This document shows, in pieces, positions 1 to 12,067 of a DNA stretch of 64,000 nucleotides; the first letter of the stretch is position 1; each line of letters starts with the position of its first letter. Both the position numbers and the translations under genes were made by a program. A model generated the notes under the pieces. It ran no database searches. It was not told where the DNA came from and was given only the letters and a program-made list of their open reading frames with translations. The stretch is from assembly GCF_021869535.1 (NCBI RefSeq), contig NW_026262712.1, positions 116,250,001 through 116,314,000 of the forward strand, read 5' to 3'. Origin of the DNA: Mytilus californianus. Its lineage: Eukaryota.

Positions 1-466
1 CCTCCACATGTGCTCACGTATTGGTACGTCCTTGGCTTTCAACGTAGTGGGTCTGAGCGTTCGTGATGTTGTCACTTTTAGAAAAATCATTCAGACGCAC
101 CAAATTGACAAATTCCTAATTTCATTGTACATTTGATTTGAATAAGAAAGGCTTCATTTAAAATATTCTCAAATTAAAATATCACAAATCGAATTTACCT
201 GAAACAACACATACAAACGTTGATCATAAGGAAGTATTTTGAAGGGACAGTTTATCTCTGCTTTTTGTTTTATTGTTTTCTTTTGTTTTATTTGCAGATG
301 CAAAGTAGTAACTCATCGAATTAATTAGATCTTGGTTCACATTCTTTATTAGTCAAAACAGATTTATCATTCCTACTTATTACTATACATTATTATTTAT
401 AATGTAATATATAAGTCTGTAAATTAACATTTATCCTTGATTATTTTTATGTTATTCTTTTGGTAG

Positions 467-609
467 GAAACAAAATCCAGTACTCCTGTCAAGATTTATG
501 AGACAACAAATTGGAAAGAAGAAGATAGGCATTTACCATTAGAAGTCTTATCACAGCTTCTTGATGTGACCAGATTGTCGAAGTCTAAATCAGCACTTTT
601 AATGACCAG
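467..609 (+). CDS. Internal exon of a PTP-fold (receptor-type tyrosine phosphatase-like, catalytically dead) gene: ETKSSTPVKIYETTNWKEEDRHLPLEVLSQLLDVTRLSKSKSALLMT(S)
   Basis: ttcttttggtag acceptor, AG|gtaatt donor, 143 nt open in one frame (phase 0 to 2). Splices in frame to 3685. The W..P segment sits where the WPD loop lies in PTP domains. Confidence 0.8.
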
Positions 610-1727
610 GTAATTGTGTTTATCTGTACAGACTACAATTTGATATGACAAGAACGAAAGGGCACTGTAGAAAAAAATATATATTTATATGATACGTGAA
701 TCTGGAAAGTTTATCAAAATTATTGAAATATAGGACAAATGTAAAATGCGTCATTAGTTTCTACAAATATAGACAAAAAGTAATACGAGGTATTCATTTA
801 TCCCACAATTTCTTTAATGAAATAGACAGAAAATAAATGAGCGTTACATTTTCTTTTCCGTCATCTCAACTCACCGACCATTAACACGAGGTAAAACCAC
901 GAACTTTACTGCCAGTTTACAATGTCGTCTATTACCGGTTTGAACTGCATTCTTTGAGATAGATGCCAATTTTCTTTGACGGACACTGCTGACTAGCATA
1001 TCTAAAAATCACTGTTTATAGAGTACACTATGTATGTGCTATTTTCTTAAATAGAACCACTAGCTATGGATAAAAATGTATCTATCAGATTAAAACCAAA
1101 CTAGTATTGAAACAGGAAAGATTTCTATTGACAGATGTGAAAATGTACCTACTAACACCGTATTTCGGTTTTGTCGGGATATGTGATAAAGTTTTACAAT
1201 AGACTTCTGTTACTAAAAATGAAACAAGGACGTAGATTTTGTGATAAAATACGGACATACATGTTTAGAAATAGATAATTACTATAATCAATAGATCAAC
1301 AACTAATTGACCTAAAATTGGACACAATTACTAAAAGGTCAAAAACAGGAACGGAGACGTATATAAGATTCTTGAATTGTATTTAAACAAACACGATATA
1401 ACTTCTTTTCGTATTGAATGAAGTGTTATCAACATACGTTAAGAATATTTATGATTTAAATAATTGATACTGAAAACCATAAATAAGAAAAACATTTGTT
1501 AGTGCACAATGTTAACATGAATTGTCTCAATCGTGGTTTTACGGATAATGTGTTATTGATATTTTTTGTTACAATATTTTTTAAACTATTTTAAATCTAG
1601 GAATATATCTCCCTAATGCAAAGTTCTGATTCCGTTAATAGCTTTGGTTATACTGAATGTCCTTTTTAGTTTTATTAACTCATCAATGTTTCAAGAAAGT
1701 TTTGGATTTTTAAATGTTTTGGCTCCG

Positions 1728-1770
1728 ACCATCACTGAAATTACGTTAATTGTCGAAATGTGCATCTGGT
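1728..1770 (+). ncRNA. Degenerate type I hammerhead ribozyme (same family as 51358)
   Basis: catca CTGAAAT TAC gttaatt GTC GAAA tgtgc ATC tggt; core CUGAAGA and stem II are mutated relative to the intact copy. Confidence 0.6.
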
Positions 1771-3684
1771 AAAGTAAAATGGAATATGTTATGTAACTAT
1801 AACAGAACTTATCATTACTTTTTTGCAAAAGCATATTGAAACAAAAGAATGAATTATTTTTTGAGTGTAGAAAACTCTTACACTGCTAAACAAAGTTCGA
1901 TCTGAAACGGACATTTTGATCTGAACAACTCTTATCAATGAAGTATTAAGTCTTGCAGTTAATATTTTAACAGCCGCGGTAAATTCAGTACTTTCCAGAC
2001 AATTCGCTTACAGTCAAAAACATTTTTGACTTCATTTTAGATAGTTCAGGTTCACACAAGAAACTCTATACTACACTTTTGGACTAGAGTGATAATATTT
2101 TGTTCTGTTTTGAAATTTCCTTTTGGGTTGGAAGGTGACTTTTATTTTGGTCCCGTTTTGCCGTTTGTATATTTCTGAATCCGCTCTTTATACCAGTGTC
2201 TGCAGTGACATTTAAGATTTCAGTGAACGCAACCTTCGTATAACAAATAAATTATTGAGTCAGAAATTTCGTGACTACGATTACTAAGAATTCCTTTACC
2301 TAATAAGTATTTCTCTCGTTAATATAGTTGTTCGAAATTTTAGTTCAACGTGTTATCATATTGACTGTTTTGACGGGGATGTTGTTTATAGATCTCGGAG
2401 ATAAAAAAAAATGAATGTATATATATATATATATGTATAAACTGTTTCATCCTTTCAATAAGCTAATGTTCATGATACCTCTTCTGCTGGACTGTTAGTC
2501 CTCGAGAGTATCACCAACAGAATGGGCAAGATTTCTGATTGGCATTTTAGTTTGAAAGAACATGGATTAATCAGAAGTTAATTTTGACATCTTGTATAAC
2601 AATTTTCAGTAACTGCAAGGACTCAGAAATTTAATTTGTGTCTTTTGTTTTTCTATTGTTTGTTTTTTCGTTCTTAGTAACGATCTGACTATGTAGATTT
2701 GTTCTTATGTTACACCACTGTGCCGGTAGTGAGAAATGTTAAGCGATCACACATACATTTATCGTCGCCTTATTCTTCTATTTTGTGTCAGAAGGCTATA
2801 ATCCGGTGGTCTTCTTTGCTTTATCGGTCAAAAATGCCGTTGGTGTCTTTTTAGTGATTCATATTTTATCACCCAGGGGTCTTATATGCGGTATGGTTTT
2901 TGCTAATCGTTGAAGGTAGTATGATAACTAATAATATCAACATGCATTAACTTGTGAGGTTATATAACAAAAAACGAGGTACCTAATTCGAGACTATAGC
3001 TTATATATGTAGCTGAGTGAAACTATCTCAACCCTACCCTTTTCATTATATCAATGCACTCACAAAATGCACATAATAGAGCATTACATTAGTTGGAAAG
3101 CATTGATCCCACTTATGAATCAACAGCCATTGCGTCATAAGTCCATACAAATGTATCAAACACCGACCAAAGTATACATCATGATAAAATCAGTAATTCC
3201 ATGGCATGACAAAAATGTTAAAAGTCGGAACTATTCATAAGTAACAACGCTGGACCTATACAGTAACTCGGTGACAAAGGCAGTATTAAAATCAACGTTC
3301 AATGCCACTACAGACTTTTTTTGTACGTTAAATCTAACGTAGAAGGGACGAAAACTGAACGAAAATCTTATTCCTGTCTGACAGTTTTTCGACTTAACAT
3401 TAAATATGTAATTGTTACATCAATGACATAGCAATTATTATTCCGAAAAAATATCTGTTCGATAAAACCAGGAAAAAACAAACCACTATTCCGAATGTGA
3501 TGCACTCACTTTTATCACACTACGTTAACGCTGAGAAATTGTTTTCACAAATAATCACACATTAATAGTATATAAGATAAAAAAAAATATAAAGATATTG
3601 TTAGCATGATTGACCATGTCGTTAAATTTAAAACAGTTTGTAAGTACAGTTATGATATTTTTACTGTATTAATTTGTGTTTCAG

Positions 3685-3826
3685 TGATGAGTTAGGTATA
3701 TGTATGGCTGGGATATTAAAAGTTTGTGCAGATGTGTTACGAGCTATTGATGAGAGCTCAAGCTTTAGTATTTTCCAGCTGGCAAAAGAAGCCAGAAACC
3801 AACATCCAAAGATTTTTCAGGAAATG
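3685..3826 (+). CDS. Penultimate exon of the PTP-fold gene: (S)DELGICMAGILKVCADVLRAIDESSSFSIFQLAKEARNQHPKIFQEM
   Basis: tgtgtttcag acceptor, ATG|gtgagt donor, 142 nt (phase 2 to 0). SIFQLAKEARNQHPKIFQ resembles the PTP motif dvfq.vk.lR.qRp.mvQt. Intron positions match the conserved PTP introns at HCS|AG and before QY. Confidence 0.85.
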
Positions 3827-5056
3827 GTGAGTTTTTATCGCGTAATATATGTTATTGTTTATGAAAAATAGTGTACTTTGCTGCTCAATTTTCCGGTTCT
3901 CTACTTTGGCAATAGTGTCTTTCTTGACGTATAATTTTGTTTAAACGTACCACCAGCTCAATGTCAATACTGTAGAATACATATGTTTCCGAGAACAAAA
4001 TAAACATAACGTGCATAAACTTACAAAGAAAAGCATTGATATTGGTTTTAGCAAAGCCCGGTTTAAAAATGCCCGATCAAAATCTCACCCTTTATACTTT
4101 TGTAATCGGATGTGTTTTTTTTATTAAAGCTGGTATTTTCAAGAAAAGTCTAACAAAAACTTATGTCTGATCTTACTTTACTAGCTGTAACGATGATCTG
4201 AATTTGAAATGGGCATATATTGGTTACGAATAAGAATTCCTCTTGGCTAATTGGTTTATGTAGGATTAATGAAATTTATTCACAAAAAGCATGTAGGCTA
4301 CTACATTATGTGATCTTTACTGCATATAGTAGGATGCATTTGATATTTCCAACTCTGAGCAATTGTATGGTGTTTCAATAAATATCCTATTACAATTTAT
4401 AAAACTACATTTATCTACAACAACCTTTCTAAACAAACCCATGCCAACAAACTATATTTGAACCCCAACTTCTTTTTTATTGGCGATAATAAAGATCACT
4501 TGACAAACAATCTCCTTTCTTTAATTAAAATCGCAGGTATTTTGGAGATGTCATTTAGCATTTCAAATCGTCAGACCATCGAAGAGAATTTTTTTTCTGA
4601 ACACATACCATGCAGTTGAAAGATTTCAGAAATTTCCTTAGTTCAAATATATCATGTTTAGTAATCTTAGTTGTATAAATGACATAGCAATAACATGATG
4701 AGATATATGGTCTTATATTAACGATGGTTAGACAAGCATTATATTTACAGATAAAATACTGATACACGCTGTTAATTTCTTGGAAGAGTTCAAAGATCTG
4801 TGGTATCAATTTCCCTTTAAAAGGAGTTTTTAGGTTGATACAGTTACTCAAAGTTATCTTCATAAGAACAAACTCATAATGCCATGGCAAAAAACGAAAA
4901 ACGACGAAAAGACAAACATCATTCTACAAAACATAAAATAAGGAAAAGGGAAACTAAAGACTAAGCGACACAAACCCAACCAAACACGTTGATATGTTAT
5001 ATCAGGTAATTTGACAACACTCAATACTGGAATGGTAATTGACTCAGTTGGCTATT

Positions 5057-5170
5057 TATGGGCTCTGCTCATTATTGAAGGCCGTACGGTGACCTATAGT
5101 TGTTAATTTCTGTGTCATTTTGGTCTCTTGTGGAGAGTTGTTTCATTGGCAATCATACTATATCTTCTTT
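5057..5170 (-). repeat. Abundant Mytilus-type interspersed repeat (gagatgtggtatgattgccaatgagacaac family)
   Basis: Reverse complement of 63546-63684. Further copies or fragments at about 18190-18265, 26595-26670, 32975-33130, 43523-43562, 57598-57670. Confidence 0.8.
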
Positions 5171-5414
5171 TTTTTTTTATTCTTATCTTTACTTACTCTA
5201 GTTCGCAAATCGTCAAACAAGATTTAGATTTTTTCAAATGTTTATTCAATATTTATTTACAAGGTCCTCCCACAACGTTTATGTCGTCGATGAACGCTGG
5301 GCTATGTTGTCTGTTGTTATTAGTACTTTTTCTAATCCGAAAGCTTTGACAATATCTATTCATGCCCTAAAGAGCAAGTAATTTGTCAAGCAATACATTT
5401 ATAATACAGAAGTA

Positions 5415-5550
5415 AATGCCTGTACCAAGTCAGGAATGTGACATTTTTTCCTTTCGTTTTTTAAATGTGTTTGAGTTTTGATTTTGCCATTTAATCAGAG
5501 ACTTTCCGTTTTAAATTTTCCTTGGAGTTAGGTATATTTGTTATTTTACT
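5415..5550 (-). repeat. Interspersed repeat (cctgtaccaagtcaggaat...ggagttcagtattt family)
   Basis: Similar to 39825-39960 (same orientation) and 15775-15915 (opposite orientation). Confidence 0.75.
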
Positions 5551-5559
5551 TTTTAATGC

Positions 5560-6180
5560 ATGTCAAGGAAAAAGAAAGACAAAGGATACCAAAGGGACAT
5601 TCAAACTCATAGTTCGAAAATAAACGGACAACGCCATGGATAAAAAAGAAAAAGACAAACAGACTAACAACAGTACACAAACTCAACATATAAAACTAAA
5701 GACTGAGCAACACGAACCCCACGAAACACTTGGGGTGATCTCAGAAGCTGCGGAAGGGTAAACTGACCCTGCTCCACATGTGGCACCCGTCGTTTTGCTC
5801 ATATAGACAAAGCCCGGGATACGTCTAATTCGGTAGGTCACATTCGGGGAAAAGGGGGCCGGATTGTAGTGACGACAATTGGAACATATTTGTTGTCATC
5901 CGTGAAACAGGTATTCCTTAACGGTCAACCAATTCTTGATGGCGTCCGTAAAAAATACGAAGGGACGATTTCAAATTCACCACTGAGAACTTGTGGTTTA
6001 ATAGCTTCCTTGTGAACATCAACCTTCTATCAAGGAAATGATTATAGGAAATACAATCCCTGGGATATCGTATCAACTGGGAGATATACACTCCGTATAC
6101 AGGCGCTGCTGGAATGTTGCAAAATAGAAATGGAATTGGGAAGCTGAAATCTTCTCTGTTGTAAAGTTTTGTTTTCAACC
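5560..6180 (-). mobile_element. 3' remnant of a Penelope-like element, probably Naiad type (RT thumb followed by 3' UTR/pLTR)
   Basis: ORF 5918-6178 gives LYNREDFSFPIPFLFCNIPAAPVYGVYISQLIRYPRDC...LRIFYGRHQELVDR, a PLE RT C-terminus with no downstream GIY-YIG. Paralogous pieces at 16690-16775 and 23545-23860. Confidence 0.7.
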
Positions 6181-7209
6181 GACAATCATTGTCAATTTTT
6201 AGATGTTAGTCAAGATATGAGATAGACTTTACTGTATCCTTTATCTCAAGTTCGAATGGATAGATGCGATCAACATAATGACCAAATTTTGAATTAATTA
6301 GTGAGCGATCATCATATATATAGCGGAAAGTGAAGTTAAAGGATACTGCTTACTTCTTTTCTTTCTTCCTAAGAAGTTTCTGTATGAAAACAGCCTCATA
6401 TGAATAAAGGAAAAAATGCATGAGAAACAATTATGAATTTAAACATTTACAAAATTCATAGGCAATACAATATGGAAATGGCACTGCTTAACTTTCATAT
6501 AAACTATCAACTGATGTTCATAATTAGCTTTAAAACAAGTACACGGGCATTCTTTTTTTAATAGCATTTGGCTTTATCATGTATGAGACATATTTGTGCC
6601 ATTTTCTATTGACAAATAACAGTTGAATTTTGTTTTAATTAGATATATTTACAGCATATTGACCTTATATTCTATATTGATGTCTTTATCGTCGAACCAT
6701 TCATTGAAAGTCGAGACATTACCAATGTTTTGCCTTTCGGGCGTTTCTCTTAATGTAAACAGCTGGTAACCAATGCGTTATTTTATAACCATTTACATGA
6801 TAATGTTCAAAACAACATATCATTTAGATAGTTTCATATGGCTATCTCCTTGTTGTTTTTTTTTATTGAACTATGTTCTATGAATAGCCTGCCTTTAAAA
6901 ATAAGAAGCTGATATTTAATCAATACCTTTTTTGAAAAGATGTTTGATATGAGTTATATAGGATGTATATTTCTTGTGATAAGTATGCAATTGTCGAATA
7001 ACAGGCCGATCTGTAGGGCGCAGTTTATTCAATATCAACTTTAAACACACCACCTATCAACTTATGAATCAATTATTTTTACGATATTGTTATGAATATT
7101 CGACGTTTAACGAGATTGAAACTGAATATCATACAATTAATATGATTGTTGATCGACTAAATCACACCAATGAATACGAGACATATTTTTTTCATTTTTT
7201 TCATTTCAG

Positions 7210-7284
7210 ATTGATTATGATCATTGTTACCTGTTGACACAACATCATTTGGAAAGTAATCATTTGTATGATGCAATTGATTGA
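7210..7284 (+). CDS. Terminal exon of the PTP-fold gene: IDYDHCYLLTQHHLESNHLYDAID*
   Basis: Long pyrimidine tract plus tcatttcag acceptor, phase 0. Resembles the typical PTP C-terminus (eQY.fcY.....yl.s...Y). Stop TGA at 7282-7284. Confidence 0.8.
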   Translation: MDYDHCYLLTQHHLESNHLYDAID

Positions 7285-10200
7285 GAAGTGGACAGTAGAT
7301 GTTTTAATGCCTATAGTCAAGTATTGTCAATTTTGAAATTAATTTAAAATATATAAACTTTCCAGCCTACCTTTCGTTAGGTTGCTGTCTTATGGGTGAA
7401 TATCCTTCCAATTCCATTCATTGATACAAAAGTTTCTTATTTATTTACTCTTTATTATTGTACTGCAACAATTCTACTATGAAATACAAATGCTATAGTG
7501 TTAAATTAGTTCAATGCAAAAGTAAATACTGACTTTGTAAAAAAAATAAAACGACGTATAGTTACCACAAAAGTTGCATGAACAAGCTTAGATAGGTTTC
7601 TTACAAAATAAGTAAGAAAGACTTTAGTTCACATCGTATACATGTAGTACAAGTGTGAATAAAATACCTTGATGATTAATTTTTAAGTATAATTACACCT
7701 TATATAAGAATGTCGGATTTTGATTGGTTGATGGCCAGTGTATTTTTCGCATATGCTAACCTTTTTTCCTCAGTTCAAACGAATTTGCCTGTTTTTTTTT
7801 CAACACTGCCGGTGAAAATGCCTCAAATTCCCCTCTATGCCGTGGTATTTGCAATTTTGGATATTGATTTTATACCCTCGCGACCTCTTCCCGCCAAAGT
7901 TATTCGGAACCTTTCTCACCTTATACCGATTTTTAAGGCAACATAATTAAGCAATATAGATTGGTAGAGGTTATCCGAAAACTGTAAACAAAACAACACG
8001 ACTACACGTCACCAATCTCGTGATCGTATATTGAAGAATGCGTTGTGTATATAAAGTGGAAAAAGACGTCTATACAAATGAACGATTTAATGATGGAATG
8101 ACAATGACGTTTACACATAGATACCATGACGTTACATAAAGACAGCGCTAACGCGTATAAGTAGGCCTACATGTATAAATCTAGCGGTACTATGATAATC
8201 TCTACTTATCATCAAAATTATGCATAAACACGTTTATGGATTACAAAAAATGTACAACTTTCTAGTAAAAAAAAACAACATTTCCCTTCACCTGTACAGA
8301 TAGTTTCAATCACAATCTATTCGGTGTAATTAAACAGATATATCATTTTATGGAGGGGTATTGCCGAAAAATACCAATCTTGGGACCAAATTTCACAGTC
8401 ACTTGCCTGGAAATTGAAAACAAAAATTGTCGATTGAAAACAATTACAAAGTTTTTATACTTATTGTTATGACTTCGACACATTTAGCCGAAAGTTTCGG
8501 CCTAGGAAAATTGCTCTCGCGGGTAGCCAGTTACTTAAAAGGATATATCTCGTGGCCTCATTATCCTTTCCAAACGAGAGATTTGTAAACATTGTAAACG
8601 AAAATGTTGAATAAAGTCAAGAAACGTATATAAACTATGACAAATGTGTGATTTTAATTCAATTGTACGATTGCCGTTTACAAGAAAATTAATCATTTGA
8701 AAATGGGAATATGTCCTATCAGGAAACCAAATTGTGGCGTATTATTTTGATATTCGATATTCAGTATAACCGGGCGATACTCGGATATTCGGGTACTCGT
8801 TGACATCCCTAGTAAATGAGGATCAAATAAGTGAATAAAATCAGAAATAGCCATTCAGAAGGACATGATTTGTATAAAGCTAGATAATATTGTTAAAAAT
8901 GTTATATTATGTTTTTTATTATTTGTTTTATTTATCATGCCTGTAGTTGAGAGTTTTTTTTTTATTAATAATGATGATTTTTATTGTACATTCTTGAATG
9001 TGTTTTGTGGGATGGTTGACATTAGTTTAAATATTAGTTTGATAAAACTACACAATACATTCACGTGCTTATTCCGTTACAAAACCCTCGTCAGAGGTTA
9101 TGTGTTGTTGTATATATTTAAATTGATGACATTTGATTTTCATTGATATGCTGTTTTAATGACCCTATCTGTCTTTTTTAAGATGGTATTCGTAACATAT
9201 ATTTCTGTTGGATATTATTCTATCCCAAACTTCTATCAATAACATTATTCACAGTGTGTTCCAACTAATGAATAATCAATCAAAAGGTAAACCTTCAACA
9301 CAAACATTCATTAAATTACAGTGTTCGAGTTAAGCCTGAAGATAATTTAAATGTGATACAATTTGATAATCATTTTGACAGTAAGTGAATTTTGTACAAT
9401 ACTTAAGGTTCGTTTCTTTAATTTTTTTTAAATGTTTTATATTTTCTCTTATTGCAGTTACCATGATTACGGACAATAACTATCTTATAATCCATGGTCT
9501 GATTTTCAAGTGTAGGTTCAATAATTCAGATGTATAACTACATGTAGTTATCAATAGTCTCAAAAACGTTTTAATGTCTGTGCAATTATTTGCCGAGAGT
9601 GTGTCTGAATATCATATGCATATGTATTATTGACGTGCGACATTCATATGTTAAGTAATAACGATTCGCTTCATTGAAATTTTGAAAATGTATTAAAATC
9701 AAGTTACGAGAAAAATGACAGGGACTTTTATTGTTTAGTGTACTGATGTTTTAGAGATACGACGTGATAATTGCTAGCACTACTACATCTCTGTTCTACG
9801 TCGAAAGATCTGATATTTTCCTGCAAAATTTGGATGAGACTAAAATAACTTCAATCTGATATTTAAATGCGGATCAAATGAAGAGGGTGTACTCAGATGG
9901 ATAAGATTTGTATAAAACTAAATGATATTGTTATATTATGTATTGTTGTGTTGTTTTTTGTTTTGCAATTCTATTATACCTGTGTTTTAGAGCTATACAT
10001 GTTTATTAATTATGATTTCTATTGTACATGCTTGATTTTGCTGTTTATTTTTTAAGTGATCGAGTACACAAGTATAGGGTCGAAAAACTTGGAATCAAGA
10101 AATAGAAGTGAAATGTAAATAGCCTTTTTGGTTTTTGTCTTTTTTAAATATTAACATATTTCTGATGTGTATTAAAATACTATGTTTTGTCTCCCCTTTG

Positions 10201-10406
10201 GTTTTATTGTTATAGTCTTTCCTGATCTTTAAAATTGGCCTACAAAATAGTGGCGCCATCAGCTTATGTTAGTAATGATGTTGTCATCTGGTTTTTTTTC
10301 GTGTCATTCTTTGAAAATATCTAGTATGAAAAAAAGGTTTGAATTTGTCCAGGGTTTTTACAGCATAACACATGCACAGACAATCCTTTATTTATATATG
10401 TATCTA

Positions 10407-10620
10407 CTGTGGATTCATTAATATTTGTTGAATACCAACTTTCATGGATTTCGTTGGTACAGGGGAACCACGAATTTAGAAATTCAAGGAAATACAAATT
10501 TTCTGAAGGAATTTATGCAGACTTTGCCAAAACAACGAAATTCAATATGCACGAAAATCCAAGTTTTTCTCAAATGCAATCCACGAAAATTGGTACCCAC
10601 GAAAATAAATGAATCCACAG
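10407..10620. mobile_element. 214-bp MITE with TA target-site duplication
   Basis: TIR CTGTGGATTCATT (13 bp perfect, about 23 bp imperfect) at both ends; TA at 10405-06 and 10621-22. Confidence 0.85.
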
Positions 10621-10830
10621 TATATTGTTGGAAGTATATGGTGTCTGTTTTTTCTACCGGTCTGAATTGTTAAATGTCTGCAGTAGCATAGAAACTACAA
10701 CATTTCAAAATACCACAACTGAAGATTTCTGGTATTTTACTCCATTTCCAAAATAAAAATAATAATATAAAAGCTTTTTGGTAATGTGTTTTCCCTGAAG
10801 GACACATTTGACGTTAAATTAAATGATATG

Positions 10831-11031
10831 ATCTTATTTCAAAACTTTACCAAGAAACAGATATATGCAAGTTGAAACACCTTTCAATGTGACCTTTAAT
10901 GCTAAATTTATTTACGTTTGAAATATGTTTCATTTGTTACATGTGCATATAAATGTAAATAAACTTGCTTCAGCCTATGTTGTTGTTTATATTATCAACA
11001 ATACGATCTACTCTCCTCTGTACATGATAAG
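10831..11031 (+). repeat. About 200-bp direct repeat, left copy
   Basis: Aligns end to end with 15115-15326 (gcaagttgaaacacc..ttcaatgtgacctt..aaatgtaaataaacttg..tcagcctatgttg..aacaatacgat). Confidence 0.85.
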
Positions 11032-11124
11032 GCGTTTGACCGAATACAGTAGAGAATATTATATGTTAGAAGTTATTATAACGATTCATGCATATACATG
11101 ATGAGATACCATTAACAATTAATA

Positions 11125-11222
11125 CAATTTTAACGTCTTTGTTTGAACCGGTCGGGGTTCGAACTTACGACCTGCCGCTCTCGAGGCGAACACGCTCCCA
11201 TAAGACCAGCAAGAGATCGGTT
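11125..11222 (-). mobile_element. tRNA-derived SINE head fragment
   Basis: B-box-like GTTCGAACC on the minus strand (plus 11156-11164 ggttcgaac), in a context typical of bivalve SINEs (ctcgaggcgaacacgct). Confidence 0.6.
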
Positions 11223-11289
11223 ATATAGAATTTCATACCAAAAAATTAAATACAAAAAACAAGTTTCACAGAATTCTCACATAATATAA

Positions 11290-11960
11290 ATGTTCCTTAA
11301 CGGTGATGATTCGAGCATTGATGATGTGTTCAGAGAAGATGATCATAAATCAATTAGTGATCAAAGTAAAACTGTGACACAAGTAAAAGATCATCGAAAT
11401 GAGGGTAACTTACAAACATTCCTTGAAAGATTAATACAATTAGAGAAAAACGAAACTGAAAATAAAAGAACTATTAAAAACCTACAAACTGAAATTGACA
11501 AATTAAAAACAGAACTTTCGAGCACGCATGATCGATTAAATCAACACGTAACAGTTTTGCCCTATAGGACGTGTGAAACGCACAGCGAAGAAAACATAGA
11601 CATTGCGAAAAAAAATACGGAAAACAGTCACATTACGTATAAAATACCCGTTCAACTTAAAGGTTTGACAGGCAAAGTTGAAACGACAAATGAAAACTTT
11701 TTTACGGGTGTTAAAAAAGAATAGAATACCTGTCGGCAATTGACTCAAAATCTACGCGGTCTGGCATCTTAAGTTATTTTGAAAATAACAATGTACATGC
11801 GACATACTTACGTTTATTCAGCACAAAGAACAATCACCGCAGGATATCTACAAAGCTTAATCATGTTAATATCGCAGAAATTGCACAGAAATTGTCGAAA
11901 CAGAAAACTTCTGGCCGAAAGATGTTTATTGTAGAACATGGTTAGGCAACTGTGAATGGA
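11290..11960 (+). pseudogene. ORF1 of an L2/CR1-group LINE (coiled coil plus C-terminal FWP..VYCR.W motif), disrupted
   Basis: Heptad-rich LQTFLERLIQLEKNETENKRTIKNLQTEIDKLKTEL in ORF 11290-11724; FWPKDVYCRTW at 11909-11941 after a stop and frameshift. Confidence 0.7.
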
Positions 11961-12067
11961 ATCAACGCTTTACGAATGATGCTCAATATGAACCGGACTC
12001 ATAATAATCTATTAAAATGCAGTGTCATATACTATTTACTCTGGTAACCTTGGTTACTTTGTTGATT

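Noticed and set aside
298-307. Micro-exon after the strong acceptor tttgcag at 297
   Set aside because: No convincing donor or phase solution, and PTP gene structure predicts a longer exon here.
4555-4890. 111-aa minus-strand ORF
   Set aside because: No recognisable motif; AT-rich intronic sequence antisense to the PTP gene.
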